A program made the position numbers and the translations under genes. This document shows, one piece after another, positions 8,858 to 16,517 of a DNA stretch of 16,517 nt. The stretch is taken from assembly GCA_024626585.2 (NCBI GenBank), contig JANKJI020000002.1, positions 161,855,231 through 161,871,747 of the forward strand, in the 5' to 3' direction. The notes under the pieces are model-generated. The model was given only the letters and a program-made list of their open reading frames with translations, ran no database searches and had not been told where the DNA came from. Source of the stretch: Ginkgo biloba. Lineage: Eukaryota; Plantae; Ginkgophyta. The stretch's first letter is position 1. Every line of letters begins with the position of its first letter.

Positions 8858-9746
8858 CTTAAAAGGTCTTTTTCTACCATTAAGGCTAAAATAAGATAGG
8901 TCTATTCTAAATATTTTCCAAATAATTTAGACACTAGGATAGAATATTTTCACATATTTAGAAAGTACACATCATAAGCTTTATGTCTATGGTTTATTTT
9001 TTAAAAATAGAGTTCGTACACAAAAGTTATGGCCTTCAAAAAATGGTCTCATAAAGTTATCAAAAAGCAACACTGCAATTCTAATAGAGACATGGAGATC
9101 GTGAGGCATAACTCACAATCTAACAAGCATCATACCTTAAAATACAACTACAATCTTCCTTAATGTGTCTATTATCTAAGGATAGGTGTTATCCATTTTG
9201 ATTTTCCATAAATAACAATGATTCGAGCTATGATTTATGATCTATAAATTATAATCCTACACTACAATTCAGATTGTACCCTAAGATCGTACCTCACATG
9301 TGAATTTTTCCAAAGCAAAGAGGTTCGAAAAGCACATCGATATATTATCTAGTTATGTAAAGCAGCCAACAAAGAAAAAGAGACAATTAGGACAAGAAAT
9401 CAATTACTTCTTAGAATTGAAATGGTTACTAAAAGAAACATGAAGAAAAAGAGGGAGATCAAAAGGTTTTGGGNNNNNNNNNNNATAGCTAGAAAAGAAA
9501 TTTTCTTAAAAGGGCAAGAGTAGTCTGCAGTACCAAGGAGGGTTATGGAATGTCCAAATGTAATACTACTATAATGCAATACTGTTATAAGGAAATTGTA
9601 TATAAATGAAATTCAAATTTGATGCCCAAATTGTCGATGTGTACACTGTATTGATATCTTCTCTTTTATTGGTTAAAATCTACATGTTGCGAGTGAAATA
9701 TTGTGGTAATACGTTTGCTTGTTAATCACTTAGCAATTTGGGATCA
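8858..9746 (+). repeat. 5' LTR (start uncertain)
   Basis: Collinear with 13230-14098, e.g. atagg t.tattcta..atatttt.caaataattta and ttcttagaat.gaaat.gtta...tgaagaaaaaga.ggagat. Similarity ends at ggatca (9746). The following ttttgggcattgaaac could be a badly decayed tRNA-Met PBS (tggtatcagagc), which is weak evidence. Confidence 0.78.
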
Positions 9747-10386
9747 AATTTTGGGCATTGAAACTTAGAGATTGATAATCTTGGGTAAGAAATTTTAAAG
9801 AAGGAATCATTTTTAACTTTAAGCATTAAAGTGGATAAACTAGGTACTTTACTACAACAAAGAAACTTTGATAGCAAATTGTGAATGATCTAGCCTAAAA
9901 GAAATTATTTTAAAGCCAAAGGAAAATAGGGAAAGGTCATAGTTGATCACTCCTCTCCATCCACTAACACACTGAAATTTCAACCCAATCCCTAATTAGT
10001 AAAAGGACTCGAAGCTCCAAGGGTAAGAGTTTGGTGTAGAACTTTTATAATTATAATTGTTAGGATCAAGAAGACCAAGAAGAGCAATGGCAATAGAAGG
10101 CACCTTTATGAGGATAAAATCATATGGAAGAGTTATCTAAAGGAATTATCGATGATAGAGTTTATGTATTACAAGATACTTGCTAAAATTTCAAGCACAT
10201 ATACAATCATAAATGAGTTGATTTATGGCTTGAATACAAAATGCATTGATATAACCCTTAACAAATATTGGTATGATAACCACAAGTGCTAGTAACACAC
10301 TGAAAATTAATGGCACCACTACCATACCAATAGTAACTACACAACCAATAATAAATCATCTTTTCTTGTAAAATTTATTTATAGGA

Positions 10387-10890
10387 GAAATAAAGGTGGA
10401 TATTAAGGACTTTGATAGGTCTTTAGATGATGAATATATAGACACTTGGCTATAGGAATTGGAATTGTACTTCTCATATCAAGGATATAATGATCAACAA
10501 AAGATCATATTTGTAAGGCTAAAAATGATAGAGTAAGATTTGAATTTTAGGGGAGCTACTATTAGAGACAGAGAAAATTAAAGTAATCGTCTATTACATC
10601 TTGGAATAACTTTAAGAAAGTCACAAGATAGAAATTCTACTTGATGGGTTATGTAAATGGCTTGTACATCTAGTGGCAACAATTTAGACAAAAAGGTAAA
10701 CAATGAGTGCAAGAATACACTAACGACTTTCATAAATCCAATATAAAACTTGATGTGTAGGAAGAAGAAATCAAATTAGCATTTAATTATATTCATGGAG
10801 TACACAATAAATTTTGAGAAGAATTGGAATTATTTCTAATCCACGTATTAGAGGAAGCACATAGTTATGCCTTTGAGGCTAAGGAAAGAA
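10387..10890 (+). pseudogene. gag: Gypsy gag (retrotransposon gag domain), degenerate
   Basis: EIKVDIKDFDRSLDDEYIDTWL*ELELYFSYQGYNDQQKIIFVRLKM and ITSWNNFKKVTR*KFYLMGY..WQQFRQKGKQ*VQEYTNDF..NYIHGVHNKF*EELELF. Confidence 0.85.
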
Positions 10891-11220
10891 GAAAGAAATC
10901 CTTTCCATCATCTTTTGTATGTATAACAAAAGGGAAATTTATTTTCAAGAAGTCAAATAATTCCTTCTCGAAATGAAAGAGTGTTGCAAATATGGATATG
11001 TAGCAGAACAAAGAAGGTCCAAGCATTGATAAAAGAAGATCATTTATAGATATTATAGAAAACTTGGGCATAAAGAAGTAGATTGGTGGTTTAAACATCT
11101 AGTGAAGAGGCTACAGAAGATAATGCAAGAACAAATAGTGGAGTGATTAAAGCTCCCATAGCCTAAACAAGTTGATGAAGCATTGAGTCTCTACATTCAA
11201 TCAAAGGAGATTCAAGATAA

Positions 11221-11545
11221 AAGAGAGTAGTTATTTATTTTAAAGATTAAAATAAAGAAAGANNNNNNNNNNNNNNNNNNNTGGTGGTTGCATTTTTTTA
11301 TATTTTAAGTTAAAAGAATCAAATTTCTTAAGCAAATGTGAGGTGATTCAACTTGCCTATTAAGAAGCATCCAAACAAGAATTCTTAGGGATGGTTGCAT
11401 GAAGATGTAGAGTTAGGCATTACCAGATAATGCAAATTTAAAATTGTAATAACATCCACATTCATTAATAAATTTGAGTGTAAGGTGGTTCCATTAGATG
11501 TATGTGGAGTTTTATTTGACAACCCAAATCTATGGGATTGAGATG
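11221..11545 (+). pseudogene. Gypsy aspartic protease region, degenerate
   Basis: KHPNKNS*GWLHEDVELGITR*CKFKIVITSTFINKFECKVVPLDVCGVLFDNPNLWD matches the HPxPYxLGW...C.VVPLDxCxxxxGxPxLWD pattern. The catalytic DSG motif is decayed. Confidence 0.8.
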
Positions 11546-11921
11546 TAGTTGACTAAAGATGAGAAAACCAATATTGGTCGTTGAAGAACAACAAAGATTA
11601 CTTGATCGATTTTAGAAATAACTAAGACCTAGTGTATTTGATTTCAATTGGTCAAGTAAAGGCTTTACCAAAGTTTATAATATTATTTCTAAGGTCTCAA
11701 GATTGGCAAGTAGGCTTATAAATTACTACTCTTTGAAGATGTTGGGTAGAAAATACAATTAAGCAATGTACTCCCCAAGTCTAGGGATTTTTTCAAGAGA
11801 CAACATGCTTACTCCTTGCTAAAGTAATTCAATGTTCAATGATTTACAACAAGATGCAATCTTGCGAACTATTTTACTTTATAAAAGCTCTTTATTGGAG
11901 AATGAAGAAATGAAGACATAG

Positions 11922-12510
11922 TTGCAAGAATTATTAGATAAAGGATATATAAGACCTAATTCTTGTCAATGTGATTCACCTCTACTATTATTACCAAATA
12001 AAGATGGGGTTTGGCATATATGCATTGATTTTTTAGCACTAAATAAGATAACCATCAATAATAAATATGCAATACCCATAATAGAAAAATTATTGGTTGA
12101 ACTATAGGGAGTTAGATATTTCAGTGAGATTGATCTAAATCAGTTATCATTAGTTGTGGATAAAAGAAGAAGATGTGTAGAGATAGCCTTAAAGACAAGT
12201 CAATGATTGTATGAATGTCTTATAATGCCCTTTAGGCTTGTGAATACACTAGACACATATACCTACGTCATGAGCAAGGGGCTAAGGGAAAACTTGGGTA
12301 TATTCATTGTTATATATTTAGATGGCATTCTAATTTTACTTGTGAGGAACACTTGTAACATGTTGAGAAACATTGAAGACCATATGACACTAGCAAGTAT
12401 GAGAAAGCATAAATAAATGCTCTTTTGGAATGAAATACATTACCTTTTTATGCATCACTACGTATGTAGATGAGTTGTATATTGACCCAGAGAAAATAAG
12501 ATTGGTGCTC
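11922..12510 (+). pseudogene. pol: Gypsy reverse transcriptase, degenerate
   Basis: QELLDKGYIRPNSCQCDSPLLLLPNKDGVWHICIDFLALNKITINNKYAIPIIEKLL; YFSEIDL; YECLIMPFRLVN; FIVIYLDGILI (YLDD mutated to YLDG). Confidence 0.95.
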
Positions 12511-12779
12511 AAATGGATAGCATTAAAGAATATAACATTATTTTTTGGGGGAAATTAATATTATCACTAGAGAATACAACTAAGGTTAGAAGTTTTATGT
12601 GAATGACAAGCATTTTGAGAAAGTTCTTTTATGGGTATTCAAAGGTGGTGCTTCCTCTCACAACTTTTACAAAGGGAAATGTAGTATATGTTTGGACAAT
12701 AAAATAAGAAGTAACTTTTGAAGAATTAAATCAAAAGGCTAATAATGCATTAGCTTTATCATTATATAATTTAAAGCTT

Positions 12780-13080
12780 ACTTTTGTAATAGAAGTGGAT
12801 TCATTAATGCTTACCTATCAAGGAAGACTTATTACATATCATTTGGAAATATATTCTAGAGTTGTCCAGAATTACTATACATATGACAAAGAAAATGTAT
12901 GCAATAATGCATACAATGAAGTTATAAAGAGATTAGGTGCTTAGTAAAGAATCCATAATTCACTCCAACCTTAAGCCATCATAGTACTCACAGACACAAT
13001 CAAAAGGACAAAATAACATGCACCTAAAGTGGCTCACTAATTTGTAGCAATTCAATTTAGTGATCTAGTATAAGAAAAGG
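12780..13080 (+). pseudogene. pol: Gypsy RNase H, degenerate
   Basis: FVIEVDS; QNYYTYDKE/MYAIMH; KESIIHSNLKP; HLKWLTNL*QFNLVI*YKK. Confidence 0.85.
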
Positions 13081-13229
13081 CTAGAATCATGATATGATAG
13101 ATGGTTCATTGTATAATAGTTACGAAGATTTTTTTCTCATCTTGTGGAAAAGATAATTGGACTCATTATCTCCTAAAGGTGAAAGGTCTAATTCGTGGAT
13201 AATTTTTTTTAAAAGAATGGGGAAAAAGG

Positions 13230-14098
13230 GAATAAAAGATATTTTCCCAACATTACAACCAAAAGAAAATAGGTATATTCTAGTATATTTTCAAAATAAT
13301 TTAAACATATGGGATATATTATATTTACATATTTNNNNNNNNNNNNNNNNNNNNNNNNNNNNNNNNNNNNNNNNNNNNNNNNNNNNNNNNNNNNNNNNNN
13401 NNNNNNNNNNNNNNNNNNNNNNNNNNNNNNNNNNNNNNNNNNNNNNNNNNNNNNNNNNNNNNNNNNNNNNNNNNNNNNNNNNNNNNNNNNNNNNNNNNNN
13501 NNNNNNNNNNNNNNNNNNNNNNNNNNNNNNNNNNNNNNNNNNNNNNNNNNNNNNNNNNNNNNNNNNNNNNNNNNNNNNNNNNNNNACTATCTATGCTATA
13601 ATTTATGATATGTAGGTTATGATCCTAAATTACAATCTATATCATACCCCAAATAGTACCTTAAACATGATTTTTTTCGAAACAAAATGATTGAGAAAGA
13701 TCATTGATGAATTACTCTAGTTCCCTAAAGTGGTTAGTAAAGAATTAGGGAAAGAAATTAATTGTTTCTTAGAATAGAAATAGTTATTGAAAAAAAATAT
13801 GAAGAAAAAGAAGGAGATTCAAAGGTTCTTGGTGGATGGTTAGAAAACAATCTTACCTAAAAGGGAAAAGAGGACTCTGTAGTATTAAAGAGTGTTGTGA
13901 AATTCCCAAGTGTAATATTGTTGTAATGCAATGTTACTATAATAAAATTATATGTAAATAAAATCCAGATTTGATGCACTAATTATTGATGTGTGCACTT
14001 TATAGATGGCTTTTATTTTGTTGATTAAAACATACATATCATGCATGAAATGTTTTATTGATACTTCCAATTGTAGAATGCATAGTATTTTAGGATCA
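13230..14098 (+). repeat. 3' LTR (start approximate; contains N gap 13335-13585)
   Basis: Collinear with 8858-9746. The N gap length is similar to the corresponding 5' LTR segment (about 8958-9220). Ends at taggatca (14098). Confidence 0.78.
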
Positions 14099-15039
14099 CC
14101 TTCTTCCTCATAATATATATTACATACATCATTCTCACATCCTAGACTAACTTGTACTGGATTTTGACATTACTTTCTAGTTAATGATATTATAGGGTAA
14201 TTTTAGTTTGAATACTTAATAATGTCAATATGACAAACTATTTAGAGTAATGAATTAACTTGAAATCATTATGATATTACATGTACATGTAAAATTGAAA
14301 TGGGAAAAAATGATTTTTAATATATAAATGAATTATAAACAATAAATCCTGGTGTCTTTATTTAATAGTAGAAACAATGATAAATTGATTAACAAGAAAT
14401 CAATCGTCTAAAAGAATTAGAGCAAGAAATCGATTGTTTCTTAGAATAGAAATAGTTTTTGAAAAAAAAAAATGAAGAGAAAATAAAGAGACTGAAAGGT
14501 TCTTGGTGGATGGTTAGAAAATAAGCTTTCCTAAAAGAGAAAAGAGGAATCTGTAGTATTAGAGAGTGTTGTGAAATTCCCAAATGTAATATTGTTGTAA
14601 TGCAATGCTCATATAATCAAATTATATGTAAATAAATTCTATATTTGATGCGTGCACTTTATAGATGGATTTCATTTTATTGATTAAAACCTACATATTA
14701 TGCATGAAATATTTTGTTGATGCTTCCTCTTGTAGAATACATAGTAGTTTAGGATCACTTTCTTCCTCATCATATATATTATTATCACATCCTGGACTAA
14801 CTTCTACTGAATTTTAACATTGCTTTCCAGCTAATGATATTATATGGTAATTTTAGTGTGAATATTTAATAACATCAATGTGACAAACTCTTTAGATCAA
14901 TGAATTAGCTTGAAATTGTTATGATATTGCATGTACGTGTAAAATTGAAATGGGAAAAAATGATTTTCAATATAGAAATGAATTATAAACAACAAATCCT
15001 GGTGTCTTTATTTAATAGTAGAAACAATGATAAGTTAAT
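13739..15039. repeat. Tandem duplication of about 650 bp (13739-14389 and about 14411-15039) spanning the 3' LTR end and its flank
   Basis: Shared blocks include aaaggttcttggtggatggttagaaa, gtgcactttatagatgg, taggatca, gtaaaattgaaatgggaaaaaatgatttt and aaatcctggtgtctt..tatttaatagtagaaacaatgataa. Copy 2 ends at an N gap. Confidence 0.95.
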
Positions 15040-15139
15040 NNNNNNNNNNNNNNNNNNNNNNNNNNNNNNNNNNNNNNNNNNNNNNNNNNNNNNNNNNNNN
15101 NNNNNNNNNNNNNNNNNNNNNNNNNNNNNNNNNNNNNNN

Positions 15140-15955
15140 CATACCATAGGGGTCCTAATATCTCATAGATCCCCTTATTTTTAGATTCATGGTCTCTATC
15201 TCCCTGGCAACTTTTTCTAGTGCAGACCAAGTCTAGAAGTAGACATCGCCTATATGAAATGGGGGGTAGGGATAAGGTTTTTGATTAGCATTCTAACATC
15301 ATCTTACCACACCAAATTTGCACTGTCTAGCCATTTCTAAGGAAACCAACCTATCTAGAACAATTGGTGAAAAGGAAATGGGTGGGACAAGTGTCCCTTC
15401 CACCCTTATGGTGGTGGATTTCACACAATACCACCAGGCTCTAATCTTTCTTAGGTCATTCCTCACTACTTTAGAGAGTCTGGGTATTTCCTCTCCATGT
15501 ATGGATCTATAGATAGGGGGGTAGAAGTGGGTTAAGATCAGGATGATATAGTTGTGGTGTTTATGCACATATAGTGCCTGAAATAATATGTGGATGGGAG
15601 AATTCAATGGGTGTGGCCATGAGGGAAATAGTGGGTGTTTGAATTTAAAATATGTACAACATGCATCTATGACATAAGAATCCATGTAGAAGTCCCTATC
15701 TAGTTTGGAGATCCCCTAATTATTGTGCAAGTTAAAAGTGAGGAGCTCTGAGAGGTCGGGCTTCTTGTCATTCATGATGATTTCACCCAATAGGGGCACC
15801 CAATACTAGTTCACATGGTATGTGTTGGTATCCCCATATAATCTATTCAATAAAAGTATACTGATCCTGATTCCCCTCCTAAATTATGAAATTGGATAAT
15901 CCAAATTAGCCCTTTTCTTGAAAGTTTTAGGTTCATTAGATGGGACCTTATCAAG
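15140..15955 (-). mobile_element. Relic of an LTR-retrotransposon accessory ORF of unknown function (gymnosperm type)
   Basis: One frame with about 7 stops and no frameshift: PKTFKKRANLDYPIS*FRRGIRISILLLNRLYGDTNTYHVN*YWVPLLGEII..DFYMDSYVIDACC..PIHILFQALY..HFYPPIYRSIHGEEIPRLS..WWYCVKSTTIRVEGTLVPP..DRLVSLEMARQ..PFHIG..*DPYG. The motifs (RLYG, WVPL, FYMxSY, PRLS, TxIRVxG, DRL, DPxG) match an extra ORF I recall from conifer retroelements. Confidence 0.7.
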
Positions 15956-16253
15956 TCAAGAAAGTGTTTTCCAACGGAGTAGTCAAGTTAATAACTATTG
16001 ACAAAACTTAACTAAAAATATTCATTAATCTATACTATCGAAAGATATATCAAAGTATAGTCAATAGGAAACACTTTCTTTAGTAACTCTCCTTATGAGA
16101 TAGCCTATAATTATATAAGAAAAAGCCTCTTAAGAACTATCCTATTTTAAAAGACATTTTTTTAAAAAATTATGTTTTTCATATAGGAAAATAAAGCGAG
16201 TTCTCAATATAAATATGGAAAATTACTTATTGTTATATTATCTTCTCTAATTC

Positions 16254-16517
16254 CTAACTTCATTATAATTACAAGTAAAACTTTACTTAGAAACTCTATC
16301 TTCATTACACCTATGGAAACTTTCTATTAAAAATCCTATCTTTAATGTACCTATAAGTAGCTTTTTGTATTCAAATGTTACATTTAGTTCACCTATAACA
16401 ACATTTTTTCATACATATTCTACCTTCATTACACGTGTAGGAAACCTTTTACTTATGAACCTTACCTTTACTAACTATCTTCATCACACTTGCAAGGATC
16501 TCTTAGTTCATTACTCT
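16254..16517. repeat. Degenerate minisatellite with about 42-bp period
   Basis: Unit starts at 16254, 16296, 16336, 16378, 16420 and 16462 (consensus near ctaYcttcattacacctatagg aaact...), with another at 16475. Confidence 0.7.

Larger units (their letters stand above)
8858..14098 (+). mobile_element. Ancient decayed Ty3/gypsy LTR retrotransposon (LTR-gag-protease-RT-RNaseH-LTR), integrase not present
   Basis: Domain order is gag, PR, RT, RH, with many stops and frameshifts. It is flanked by two collinear, diverged direct repeats that both end in ggatca. The left boundary is uncertain because of the N gap at 8815-8857. Confidence 0.9.

Noticed and set aside
16254-16517. Regularly spaced repeats as a CRISPR-like array (also 8203-8692)
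   Set aside because: The units are degenerate along their full length with no constant repeat/unique spacer structure, there are no cas genes, and the context is eukaryotic.

Overview
AT-rich, N-gapped eukaryotic DNA that reads as a repeat-rich land-plant nuclear region. A gymnosperm is most likely, inferred from conifer-type Ty3/gypsy gag and accessory-ORF relics; no prokaryotic features are present. The one host gene is on the minus strand: the first three exons (6388-6108, 5998-5955, 1375-1282) of a WD40 TFIIIC subunit 2 / GTF3C2 (Tfc6)-like gene. It has canonical GT-AG introns, but exon 1 carries a 1-nt frameshift and a TGA in place of a conserved Trp, so it is a probable unprocessed pseudogene or contains assembly errors. 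Its 4.6-kb intron 2 holds an L1-type LINE RT fragment, a gypsy gag relic, unidentified coding-like relics and a candidate 36-nt cassette exon with an in-frame ATG. A single PPR-motif fragment lies just upstream. The right half is an old, decayed Ty3/gypsy element (LTR-gag-PR-RT-RH-LTR, no integrase), whose 3' LTR/flank junction is tandemly duplicated. It is followed by a retrotransposon accessory-ORF relic and a 42-bp minisatellite. I found no convincing novel biological system. All family assignments come from manual translation and remembered motifs, not from searches.
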